From assembly GCF_036321535.1 (NCBI RefSeq), contig NC_087450.1, forward strand, positions 57,908,001-57,972,000: a stretch of 64,000 nt of DNA. The letters are read 5' to 3'. The notes below the pieces were generated by a model, which saw only the letters and a program-made list of their open reading frames with translations, ran no database searches and was not told the origin of the DNA. This DNA is from Camelus dromedarius (taxonomy: Eukaryota). The position numbers and the translations under genes are program-made. Positions within the stretch are counted from its first letter, which is position 1, and every line of letters begins with the position of its first letter. Shown piece by piece: positions 37,440 to 49,342 of this stretch.

Positions 37440-37945
37440 AGGAACTTGTTAAGTGGTATTATGGGCTATAATCAGCAAAATCTAGACTATGGGAAATTGT
37501 ACAGGACACGCGACCAGGATTTTCAGTAAGTAAACTGCAAGGGGAAAAAAGAAGAGATAAAAGGGGAATTTATGAACTAAAACACTTAAGGATATCTCAA
37601 CCTCCTGCAATGTATGGACTTTATTTGGATTTTGAGTTATTTTAAAAATTATATGACAATCAGGAAAATCTAGACATTGGCTACATGTCTGACAATATTA
37701 AGGAATTACTATTAGTTTTTTATATCTGATTAATGGTATTATGGTTTTGTTTAAAAGAATATTATGATGTACAGAGTTTGCTTCTAAATACTTTGGGGGA
37801 GGAGGGGTGAAGGGGCGGGTTGAGGTGAGGGTGAAGCAAGTCTTGATAGCCACTGAAGCTGGGCGACGGGGGGTACGGGGGTTCATTATACTGTGCTCTC
37901 TACTTTTGAAGATAAGTAATTTTCCATAACGAAAAAGTTTTAAAA
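37440..37945 (+). mobile_element. L1MC/MD-type 3' end
   Basis: CAGCAAAATCTAGACTATGGGAAA...GCAATGTATGGACTTTATTTGGAT...GGTTCATTATACTGTGCTCTCTACTTTT. Confidence 0.75.
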
Positions 37946-40043
37946 ACAAGTAAATAACATAAAGGATATAAACATTTAGATACATACAAAACATATATGG
38001 CCCTAAATTCCTGAAAGAATGTTAATGTTGCACCACAAAGCCCTGCCACCCATCAGTTCTGACTATGGATAACTACTCGTGGTTCTGCTTCTGTGAAACA
38101 GGGAGAAATAACAACCTCGCAGGATGGATAAGAGGATTGAATGAGAACATAGATTAAGCACTTATCCAGTGGTTGGCACACAGTAAGGGCTCAAAATGTT
38201 CACTTTCCCAACTCCTTTAAAATTGATCTTTTAATTTTCACTTAAAATCTTAAGGCAATTTTAATAATATACAAAAAAGCCAACACCCTACTATGTGCAC
38301 CGGTAGGAAATTTAAAAGCCTCAACTGTTTGTTCATTGATTGGTTTAATGCAAATCAAATATAAGTCATTTATACAAATTCTCACATATACAGTGGCCTC
38401 TTTTCTTCTTTTTTAATTTTTAATTTTAGCTATATTAAAAGAGACTCTTTCAGATAAAATATTATCACAAAAAGGTAAAAATACTGTTTCTCTTGCCTCG
38501 GGACCATAAGGAAAGCTCTATTTCTACAACAGAAAGATATTAAGAGGTACAGAAAGCATTTGCTACAGTAAGGACTTTTCATTTCTAAGTTGAATCATTA
38601 ACAGTAACTTTTAAGGATTACATTCCCTAACTTTTACTGTGGGAATATTAGAAAATACAGGTAAGCAAAAAACCCAAAGAGAATGCACACAGTTTGGGGT
38701 AATGTTCTGTGTTAAAGCTGAGACATGGTCAGGCTTCTCTGGTTCTGTGGAGCTACTGGGTGTCATGAAGGAACATCAGACCACTGTACTTTGAGTTCTT
38801 TTGTCTGCTTCTGCTTCTAACGCTGGTACCCTCTACTGTCTGTCAAATGAGTATCATTTATGTTTGCTGTCAAGATGCCTATCAGCAGAGCACCTCTCAG
38901 TCCCCCTCCTACTCTGTTTCCTTTGATGATTAGGAATTTGGAAATCAGACAACTCAGCTTGACAGAACACACCTCGTACCAGAGTAACAGGCTCTGAGTC
39001 AGGGGCTAAGGGGCTTTCTGAGAAGTGTATAAGCTTTAGTCATGGACTTTGTGACATTTTTATTGGTTGGCTTAGGTCTAAATAGGCAAAGTAATCTGAC
39101 AGACAATTTTGGTGCATAAACTCATGGTATCTCTGATGCTTCATCTGTATGGTATAGTGTTAGCTTTATAATTCATGCAGAGAAAAATATCTCAGTTGTT
39201 TCATCTCTGACTACACCAAGGTCTATTTAGAACTAACTGTCTGATATTACAGTATTAAATCCACGAAGAACATCCAGAAGTCCACTGATTGTGCCATGGG
39301 AAAAGCATAAAGGTGTAGGCTCCCCGCCAACTCCCTCAGGACCGACTCTGCAAGTGGGGGAGCAGGGGAGGTCAGAGAAGAGAGGGCCTGTAGGCTCCAC
39401 AAGGTCTTCGACTTTACTCTGAATGAGATGGGAGCCACCAGAGGTTCTGAGAAGAAAGGTCTGAATCATAACCTTTCTTTACAATTGGGGCAACAAAGCT
39501 AGAGAGATGGTAAGTAACTTGCCCACACTGAGCAAGCAGCAGAGCTGGGATAAGAACAGCTGGATACATTAACATATCCTCTTAACTACTATGGGAATTT
39601 GCCTTATACACAATTCCTATGTTAATGCGGGAATGAGATTAGTATAAAATACATGTTCACAATGAGGAAAGTCTTTATCATCTAAAACTTTTTCCAGCTT
39701 TATTGAGTTATTATTATTGTTATTATTAAGATATGTAAGTTTAAGGTGTATAACATGATGATTTGATACATGTATATATTTTGAAATTGTCATCACAATA
39801 AGGCTAGTTAACACCTCTATCCCTAACACTCTTAAACGAGACTCAATGTGTAATTCCAACTGGCTTGATTATAAATAAGCTCACCATCTTCTAATTCCAA
39901 CAAATAACCTATCTGACTCTTATTACAGTCAACTCTTTTAAATTACACATGGCTTTTTTAAAATTAGAAAAGAACACTACTTCAGGCCAAATTAGAGATT
40001 TCATCGTGTTTTTTATCCTGTGATTTCCAGGGGCATCACATAC

Positions 40044-40266
40044 CTTTTGCAGAATTTCTGTGTACTCAGCCAGTACAGGGAATTCTTGGTCATCAGTGAC
40101 TGGCCCTTCTTCTTCAGGACTCCCTGGAGGCTATGTCCATGGAAACAAGTTCTATCAGAGTCCTCTTCAGTCCAGTTGAACTGAAAACTTGAAGGGCTTT
40201 TTTTTTCAACAGCTGGTGTTGAATCAACCAGTGCGCTAAATTGTTTTTGTAGATTCACCACCATTT
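40044..40266 (-). CDS. TAF1B: TAF1B exon 14 (223 nt)
   Basis: Encodes (E)MVVNLQKQFSALVDS...SFQFNWTEEDSDRTCFHGHSLQGVLKKKGQSLMTKNSLYWLSTQKFCK(S); acceptor ttcag|AA, donor AAAG|gtatgt. Confidence 0.96.
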
Positions 40267-40814
40267 CTGAAAATGAAGGAAAAAAGGAAAGGAATAAAAT
40301 AAAAACCACAGTTAAAACACAAGTAAGGCCTGTAGCTCACTTGATTGTAATGTACCAAAGTTGGGTTCTTAGCTTTGACAAACGGACTGTAGGAACATAA
40401 GAACATAACACTGGGGAAACTGAAACTGGATGAGGGGTGCTGAGGAACTACTCAAAAAAGGTTAAAATAGTAAATTTTATGTTATGTGTATTTTATGACC
40501 ATTAAAAAAAAAAAAAAAGAATGAACAAGACAACCTAAAGGCAGCTCTCCAAATAAAGAGTTCGGAAAGTCGCAGATATACAGCACTTTAGATTTGGCGG
40601 GAACTTAAGTTCTGTTTTAAAAAATGCAATGTTCCTGAAACAGACAGATTCCTATGGAGATTTCTTGCAGGGGAGGATGCTTCCTTGGATAGGCACTGGG
40701 ACACCTGCTGAAGAAGTGCAGAAAGTACTTACGCATTTACTTTTCAAGTCAAGATACTTAGTTTTTCTACAGCTGTGCTGCAACTTGGTGTTAACAAGAG
40801 GAAATGCAGCTCAC

Positions 40815-40885
40815 CTCTTCTCTTATGTACCACTGGCTTGTCGATGGCAGAGTGGTAGAGCGGCTTCTCGCTTTTCCATATATAC
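40815..40885 (-). CDS. TAF1B: TAF1B exon 13 (71 nt)
   Basis: Encodes (K)YIWKSEKPLYHSAIDKPVVHKRR(E); acceptor tgcag|G, donor AGAG|gtgagc. Confidence 0.94.
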
Positions 40886-41914
40886 CTGCACAAGGTAGAA
40901 AAACATTTGGAGCGGGATGGAGAAGAAATGGACCTAAACGCATTTGTGAGACGTTTCTCTAAAGCAATATCTGAAATTCCTGATACTCAGTGGAATAGCT
41001 CTGGCTTAAGATGACCTACTGACACATGTCTCTACAGGGCTTATGGCCTTGAAGTAAGTAAGCAGCACTAAAGGAGACAGCAAGTCAAGAGAATGCTATG
41101 CCTCTCCCCAAAGCCTCCCAGATGCCGTAAGATCCACAGAAACGGTTCATCACACAAAAAGGTAGAAACGGTTTCCTCCACTGTAAAATCTCCTTGCTGC
41201 CTATTCTCATAAAGGGAAGCCACCTAAGAAACAACTGTCCCTCCTTGCCCTTGGCCAACTGTCCTTCTGCTGAGGATTAAGTGAGTAGTACTTCTGATTC
41301 TGATAACTTGTACAAAGTGGACAGGAAGGTGCCCGTGCTCTGATGCAGAGGTGTAATCACTTAATAAGCACTGGTTTTCCTGAAGATTATGTGTGAACTA
41401 AATCTTAATGAAACATACCACATGTAAAATACTGAGAGCTTGTCATCTGTGATTCTTTCGAATATCTTTCTGTGATTTATTTTTATTAAATAAGAAAAGT
41501 AACAACATACTCAAGGTACAAAATCTCTAATAATAAAGTTCCCGAAACAGTCTAATCACACTTGCTGGATAAATCCACTGTTAAAAATCCCTCGTGAATA
41601 CCTAATCTAGGTAGATTCCCTTATGCATTCAGAATAAACACCTATACAGTGGCAATTATGCTATAGCCAAGGAGGCATTATTACTTCTTTGGGGTCATAT
41701 GCCCAGAGGATGGGAAAGGTGGGCAATCTAAAATGACAGTACTCTAAGTGTTTAGATATTCCTTCTTTAAAATTTACTTTATTTTGTTTATGTGTTCCCA
41801 AAATTACAAAAGCTACAAAAAACAGAGGCCCACCACTAAATCCTAATATCTTCTCCAGGATGCCACAAAGTCCTGTATGCTTTGTCCAGTCTTCCTGTAC
41901 AATTTGTTACCCCA

Positions 41915-42975
41915 CTGTTAGAAATTTAGGTATAATTTACATGTAGTAAAATGGACCCCATACAGTGTACAGTTCTACTAGTTCTGATGAACACACATGG
42001 TTGTGTAACTACCACCGTGATTAATCCACAGAACAGTTCCACCCTCCAAAAATCTCTCATACCTCTTAACAATCAACCCCTCCCCAAACCCCCAGCTAAA
42101 CTTGATCTCAGACGACCACTGACCTGCTTTTCTATCCCTATAGTTTAGCCTCCAGAATGCCATATAAATGAAATTATACCGTATGTAACCTTCTGAGTCT
42201 TTCATTTAGCATAATGTATTTACAAATTCATACATAGTGTTGGATATATCAGAAGTTTGCTCCTTTTATTGCTGAATAGTATTCCACTCTACAGATATGC
42301 TACAGTTTGTTTATCCATTTGCTAGCTGAAGGGCATTTGGGTTGTTGCCAGTTTTTGGCCACTGTGAATGAAGTATATATATCTACGTACATTCACCGAT
42401 AGATTTTTGTGTGAACTTAAGTTTTCATTTCACTTGGGGAAATACCTAGGAGTGAAAAATTACTGGGTAGTATATTAAGTGTGTGTTTAAATTTATGAGA
42501 AACTAACAAACTTTCCAAAATAAGTGTACCATTTTGCCACATTTAGCACAGTCAGTTTTTTGTTTTTTAGCCATTCTAGTTGGGGTGTAATGAAATCTCA
42601 CTGTGGCTTTAATTCACATTTCTCTGCTAACTAATGATGTTGAGCATCATTTTGAGCCATCTACACATGTTATTTGGTGAAGTATCTGTTCAAATCTTTT
42701 GTCCATTTAAAAAACTGAGTTGTCTCTTTTCCTCTTGTATGAGAATTCTTTATATATTCTAGACACAAATCTTTTATCAGACATGTGTTTGCACATATTT
42801 TCCCCCAGCCTGTAGCTTCTCTTCCTTAACAGTATCTTTTGAAGAACAGAAATTCTTTCTTCTGATGAAGTCCAATTTATCTTTCTTTTTCTTTTATGGA
42901 TCATGCTTTTGGTATCATATCTAAGAAATTTTTGACTAACCTAAAAGGTTGCAGAGATTTTTCTGCACATGCTTT
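41915..42975 (-). mobile_element. L1MB/MC-type fragment in TAF1B intron 12
   Basis: TTTATTGCTGAATAGTATTCCA...GGGCATTTGGGTTGTTGCCAGTTTTTGGC...TTCTGATGAAGTCCAATTTATC...ATCTAAGAAA. Confidence 0.85.
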
Positions 42976-44954
42976 CAAATTTTTTTCCACGTTCTTCTCA
43001 ACATGTCCACAACTGGGAGTCATCAAAGTAATCTCTTAAGCTATTTTACGTTTTCAACTACTGTTTTTTAGTGTTTCTCATAATCTCATGCATAGGGACC
43101 TGTGCTTAGATACAGAAAATACTTTAATAACTTTCATCTGACAGTATGGAAGATGATGTCCAGATGAATAGAGAAAAATTAGAAATTTATGTCACCAATG
43201 AAGGCGGGGTCGGGCAAAACAGGTAATTAGCGTGCCCTGGGGCTCCATGACCCAGCACCAGTCAGTAGTGACTTACGTAAGTTACCTCCCTGAGCCCAAA
43301 GCACATGCTCTCTGAAGGATCTTGGTAATAGATCCCCTGGACAAGCTCTTCCCTGAAGACTGGTGTCTGCCTCGAAAATGCCATTTTGAAACTGGATATA
43401 CTTTCTTTGCTTACAAAATTCTCCCTTAAAGTAGCTAAAAGTCAGTAAGTCTTAGATGTGCAATTGATTGTAACACTGTGATACGAACTTAGGCTCTAGT
43501 AGCTATGTTTAAAGCGTAAGTTGGTACCCGGTTTAGGTTAACGGATGCCTATTCACCACTGAGATGCCCGAGTGGCACTGCCCCTGAAATCCCAGCCTTT
43601 CAGCATCAGTCAGGACAATCCCAGCTGGCACCAGAAAAGGAAGGTCCAACAGCTGATTCTCCACAACAACCTAAGAAAATAGAACAAACTTCTGCTCTTG
43701 CTGCTACTCTTGTTCCCACTGATATGCAATGACTAAAGACGTTCCTTCCCCAACAAGGAAGAGGAAGGACCCAGTTTCCCGGGTGTCCACGGGATGTCAG
43801 AGTAAGTTCACCTCTCATCTCGTCTCCTTCATCATTGTGTATCTAACCCGAACAGTGAGAAAATGTTAATCTCCCCAATTTGGCAAGTATCCTCTCTCCC
43901 ACAGTGCTTTATTCATTCCTGTAAGTCTATTTCTCTATTTAAAAGCATTCTTCAATTTAGAGGAAAAATAATCTATTTCTACCTGTGAAAAATGAAATTC
44001 AGTTCTTAGTTAAGAGTAGAAAGCAGGTATTATTATCCCCATTTTATTGATGAGGAAACTGGAGCTGAATGAATTATCATTTTAACTAATTTGAGGAATC
44101 TTCATTTTTCTCAAGGGCTATAATACTTGATCAAATGAGTACTATTGTAAATTTACATAAAATACAGAGGTATTAACTTTTTCTTCGAAGTCTCATAGAG
44201 ATTCAAAGTTCTAAGAACAGATTAAAAACCCATTCAAATCAGAGAGCTATAGTAACGTTTGCTATACAACATAAGGTAGAGTGTCTCTGAAAATTTATGA
44301 GCTAGTCAAATTTTCATGCACTGAGGATAAGAGGTTAAGTACTTTGCCCACGGTCATACAGCTAGCTGTAATACAGTCAGGATTCAAACCCAGCACTGTC
44401 AGTCTCTAACACTACGCTCCTTCCACTCTATGATGGACATACATCAGAGTAAGAGTTCAAAGTCAAACAATGAGACTGACTGAATTAAATATGCTATGCT
44501 CTTCCTGCTTTCCTTTGTTTTGATTTTTATAGGGATCTTTATTTGGGGGGGGCATTTCAATTACATATGTCACAGGTTGGACATCTTTGTAATATTGGGA
44601 AGCACAGAAGGGAAATGATCAACTCTGAGAAAGGGAACGAGGGAGGAGTGTTAGAAATGCAGGTAAGACTCATGCAAATTATGAAAAGTTAATTATTTAA
44701 GTACAGTATGGTACCCTGGATTGGATCCTGGATCAGAAGAAGAACATTAATAAAAAAGGACATTATTAGCTTAGTTAATAGTTAATAGTAATGTAAAAAA
44801 GAAAAAAGTTAAGTAGGACGTAGAGGCTAATATTTCTAGGAAAAAAATGTCACAACACTGATGAATCTAAACTGATGAGAATTCAGCTTTCAAATGTAAA
44901 GTAACAGACTCGAAAATAAAGCACATGAATCTAAAACTAGAAGAGATAACATAC

Positions 44955-45045
44955 TTTGCCCTGGCTTCCTCCCATTTTTGTTTTTTCTCATCAATAGCTT
45001 TCTTCATAACTTGGTACCATTTTCTGAAATCAAACCATGGCTTAT
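44955..45045 (-). CDS. TAF1B: TAF1B exon 12 (91 nt)
   Basis: Encodes (D)KPWFDFRKWYQVMKKAIDEKKQKWEEARA(K); acceptor tttcag|AT, donor AAA|gtatgt. Confidence 0.95.
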
Positions 45046-46369
45046 CTGAAAGAAATGAAATCCATTATTATTAACCAAATATGTCACATGATAATAATAC
45101 ACACTTGCTCATTTGAGTCTTCATTCACTGTCATGACTAAACATCTATATACCAGCCCTTGGAAATTATGGATGGAGTCACTGTCTCCATGTTCTAATAG
45201 ATTCCTGAGCAATCGCCGTCACTCTCCTCTCTGACATCCCACCTGTACTGCGGCCCTAACCAGACTGTACCAGAACCATCTTTTTGCATGTCTGTTTCTC
45301 CTAGATTTGACTATTACCTCCCTGAGAACAGAAGACATATTTTGTTTGTGTAGATGACTACACAATCAGGCCTCTGCCCCGACACAACACCCAGCACAGT
45401 GCCTGGCAGGTGGTGCTCGCATATGTCTAAGAATATATGAATTAAGGAACAAAAGATGGGAAAACGTGTGAAACGGCACTATAGTAGCTGAATCCAGACT
45501 TCCGGTTTTATCAGCTCTTATTTCTGTTCTTCCTAATCCTAGTCCAAATCCAGAGACTCCAGGCATAAATAAGAGAGGAGACTGCATTGGACAGGTGGTG
45601 TGTGGGTGTGTGTTCAAGAGTATGTGTTGAGGTTAGAGAGACAACAGAACTGGACACAGTTAAGTATAAAACTTCATTCCTCACTCTTTTATTCAATCCA
45701 TATGGGGCGAAGGGAAGAGGAGGGAGGAAAAAAATGAAACTAAAGGTAAAGCAGAAAAGAGGCTTAGAGAGTGACGGAGTTTGAAGAAAGGCAGGCTGAC
45801 AGGAAGAAGATGGCTGAGTGAAAGGCTGAATTTTTCACATATTCTTTAATGAAGACAGTCTCCCTTCAATGTCTAGATAAAAATCTTTTCAATTGGCCAA
45901 TACAGTCCTAACTTGATCCAATATGGCCTTGAAGGCCATTCAGCCACAGAGGAGGGGCAACTACCAACAGAGCTCCAAGGAAGGAGGAAAATGATAATGA
46001 GTAATAGAACACAAGGTTCTATGACCTTAAGTGAGTCACGACTACTTAAACCTTAAGTTCCTGATCTGTAACGTGGAGAGCCAGGGGACAGGGGACAGCT
46101 GGGGAGCAGACAGAACGGGGAGACCAGTCCCTGCCCAGCTGACAGCAGAGGTTTATGTTGAGGATCACAGGGAAGACAATACGTCAAAGCACTCTCTACT
46201 CTAAATGTCCACACAGTCTATGATTGCCCTTTTAACACTGGGTGACACCTTGTTCAACCTTTTACTCTACGTAGGAGCCAATACAAAGCAATGTGCAGAA
46301 AGAAGTATTCTGCATGTATTTTAGAAACAACACAAAACTGTCACCATTAAATCCAAGTTCCCCAAACCA

Positions 46370-46787
46370 ATGAACATATATGTAGAATCGTGAAAAAAAA
46401 AAGTCAAACTCATGGAAATAGACAGTAGAAAAGTGGTTGTCAGGGGCTGAGGGATGGGAGAAACAGGGAGCGGCAGGTAAAAGGGAACAAACTTTCAGCT
46501 GTAAGATGAATAAGCTCTGAGGATCTAATGAAAAACATGTAAAACTGCCCACATGACTGTAGTGGATAGCACTGTACTGTATAACTGAAATTTGCTAAGA
46601 GAACTTAAATACGTCTCACTCGTACAAAAAGGTAAGTATGTGAGGTGATGAATGTGTTAATTGACTTGATGCGGAAAATCCTTTCACAACATCCATGTAT
46701 GTCAAATGATCACAATGTACACTTTAAATATCTTACGATTTTATATGTCAATTATACCTCAAGAAAGCTGAAATTAAAAATAAAACA
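46370..46787 (+). mobile_element. L1MA/artiodactyl-type 3' end
   Basis: GTCAAACTCATGGAAATAGACAGTAGAAAAGTGGTTGTCAGGGGCTG...GCTGTAAGATGAATAAG...GTCAATTATACCTCAAGAAAGCTG followed by an A-tail. Confidence 0.85.
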
Positions 46788-46859
46788 AACAATGAACATA
46801 AATCCTAGTGAGATCATTCAGAAACTGGAACTGAGTTTAAGAATTCATGTATTTACCGA

Positions 46860-47400
46860 ACTTTACTGAGCTGATCTTGGGCCAGTCAGTATGTTAGACA
46901 CTAAAGTTACATTGGGGAAAAAAAGGTATGAAAGACATGGTCTCTCCCTCCAGAAGCTTGCAATCTACCTATCTGCCTATCATTTATACAGTACTTATCA
47001 TGTCAGCTATTTTAAGCATTTTATAAACAGTGAAAACCTAATAGGGGTAGACATACTTAGTCCACTAGTTATAATCCAATGTTTTAAACAACTAATAAAC
47101 GTTTGGACAGGAGTGGCTGTGGCAGGAGTGATTAGGTCTGATTTAGGAAGAGGTTATGAGGGGAGGAGGGGTGAAGAGACAGTAGAAGAGGGTATTTATG
47201 TTGCATCTTAAAGAATGAAGATGGATCTGCCAGGGATAGAAGGGGTTGGAGGTAAGAAGAAAAGAATATTTCCTGTAAAAGGACCAGTGTGAGCAAAGGC
47301 TGAAGGCATTAGAATAGATGGTACAGTCACAAAACTGCCAATAAGTTCATGGTCTAGTATGGCCAGAGAGTGGAAGTTGGGAATAAAAAATTACACATAG
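46860..47400 (-). mobile_element. L2 fragment(s)
   Basis: ATGGTCTCTCCCTCCAGAAGCTTGCAATCTA and TAAAGAATGAAG...GAGCAAAGGCTGAAGG. Confidence 0.55.
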
Positions 47401-47601
47401 TAGGAAGTCACTGAGGTTTTTTAGCAGCTTTGAGATACAGTTAGATAATTATATATATAAAAAACTCTGGTACAAAGTACAATTTGTATACATGTGTATG
47501 TAAATGTGTATGTTTTTCAAAGTTTCTTCCCTACATTTATTGTATCTTTTAATCCATCATTTACAATCACTTTGAATTTGATTGATAAAAAAATCAAGTA
47601 C

Positions 47602-47648
47602 CTTCTTTGTTGTCTTCATTATATTTCTCAGCAATACTAGACAAAGAC
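47602..47648 (-). CDS. TAF1B: TAF1B exon 11 (47 nt)
   Basis: Encodes (W)SLSSIAEKYNEDNKE(D); acceptor tccag|G, donor AAG|gtactt; phases 2 to 1 fit both neighbours. Confidence 0.92.
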
Positions 47649-48231
47649 CTGGAGATACAAATAAGTAAATCAGTTTATTTAGAAATCACTTATTTGAAGA
47701 CAGATAAATTTTGAATTCTCTGGAAAGAGAAGTATAGGACCGTACTTGAAACTGATGCCAACTTTTAATGGAGAAGCAATCACTGAAACAGGCAAGAAGA
47801 CACTATAAACACTGTCACTCTCTGTTGGCATTTGAGAGGGGTGACATTTTAAGATTCCTTTACTTTCCAAAATAATCTTTGCAGACACACAGTGCTGGAA
47901 GCCTAAAGGTACACAGATGAGGCGCTAAATGACTCTTTAGGATTTGTGTTTGATGATTTAAAACTCAGGAATCGGTAGAGCAGTGGGAACATGTGTGTCT
48001 ACCTAAAAATAGGGAAAAAACATGATCCAAACAACTTACTAAGGGAGAATGAAACCTCTGACAAAGAGCTGAGTCAGAATATTACGTAAGAAGTAACTGC
48101 TGCTACTAGTCAATGCTCTACAACAACTGAGAGTCTCTATTTTCCACTGAGATATAATACGGATTCCTTTACTCCAAATAATTAGGTAAAAGCAATACAA
48201 TTTTTCCCTCATAAAATTGACACACACTTAC

Positions 48232-48409
48232 CATTCTAAGTTGTCATCCAATAAAAAGAGCAGTTTCAGTACTACTATAATGACAGCTACAGCTTGTACA
48301 TCATATTTAACAGTTTCTGTCTTTTTAGCTACAGGATCAAATGTTAGAAAACCCACTTCTCCTATTCCAGTCACTTTTACCACTTGGCAGGTTAAGTCAC
48401 GCATTTCAT
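48232..48409 (-). CDS. TAF1B: TAF1B exon 10 (178 nt)
   Basis: Encodes (D)[58 protein letters not shown](W); acceptor aacag|AT, donor ATG|gtaagt. Confidence 0.96.
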
Positions 48410-48899
48410 CTGTTGAAAAATAAAACAGTAAAATGTGGTTAAATTTTTTGGCTAACTGGATCATACTAATACGTATAGCCATAAAATAAGCTTTATCTTA
48501 AAACATGGTACTATGCGAGAACTCTGAGACACACATTTTGTGAATAAAATAAACCAAAAAATAATATCTATATAGAAAAACTAAGGGTAGGCACATCCTC
48601 TCCTGTTTTGACTTCCCAAAACATCTACTATTTATAGGACACATCTTGGCACCCAATGTACCACCACACATTGGTTTTCTATTGCTTCATCTGTGTTTCT
48701 TGTCTGTATTTCTACAGCAATTTGTATTTACCTGAAACTAACTCCCTGTAAGACTAAGAGCTAGGAATGCACACTCATGCGCTGGCTGGAAGCCCGGCTA
48801 GCATGCTGGAAGTCCGATGTGTATCTAATTAGATGTACTGCTTTCCCAAAGAAATTACATGCTCAGCATAGATGGCACCCACTATTCAAGGCTGAATAA

Positions 48900-49080
48900 T
48901 GTGGGACTTGGAACCAGAAAACCTACAGCCTATATACTTAGGCTTTCTAATCACTAGCTTTGTGACTCAGGATTAGAGTCATTTAACCTCGGTCTCTTCA
49001 TTTGTAAAATGAGTTACGGTGAGGATGAACTGAGATTAAATAAGATAATACAAGTGAATACACTTTGAAAACTCTAAATT
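48900..49080 (+). mobile_element. MIR
   Basis: TCACTAGCTTTGTGACTCAGG...TTTAACCTCGGTCTCTTCATTTGTAAAATGAG...GAGGATGAACTGAGAT. Confidence 0.75.
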
Positions 49081-49249
49081 ACTAAGCAAATTTCTTTAGT
49101 CACTAATTTAAGTACCTAGGATGTACCATTTTCTATTTTAAATTCAAGTAGAATAGCTATTATTTATAAGAGCACAATAAATTGTAGTGAGTCTCCTACA
49201 CACATTCAGTCACTATGTCCTATTGATTCTATTCCCTTGATGTAGTATA

Positions 49250-49342
49250 CTTTTATTTTATAATAGTATATATAATTTATATATAATGTATATACTATCA
49301 TATATACAGTATATATTATTATATACAGTGTTATATATTATA
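49250..49342. repeat. TA-rich low-complexity tract
   Basis: About 90 bp consisting almost entirely of degenerate TATA(T/A) units. Confidence 0.85.

Noticed and set aside
40267-40309. Hydrophobic MVFILFLSFF 'signal peptide' on the exon 14 ORF
   Set aside because: It is the translated polypyrimidine tract of the acceptor, which is intronic; the same applies to the intronic extensions on other exon-containing ORFs.
45403-45420. CTCF-like CTGGCAGGTGGTGCT
   Set aside because: About 12/15 match inside an L2 tail, with key positions mismatched.
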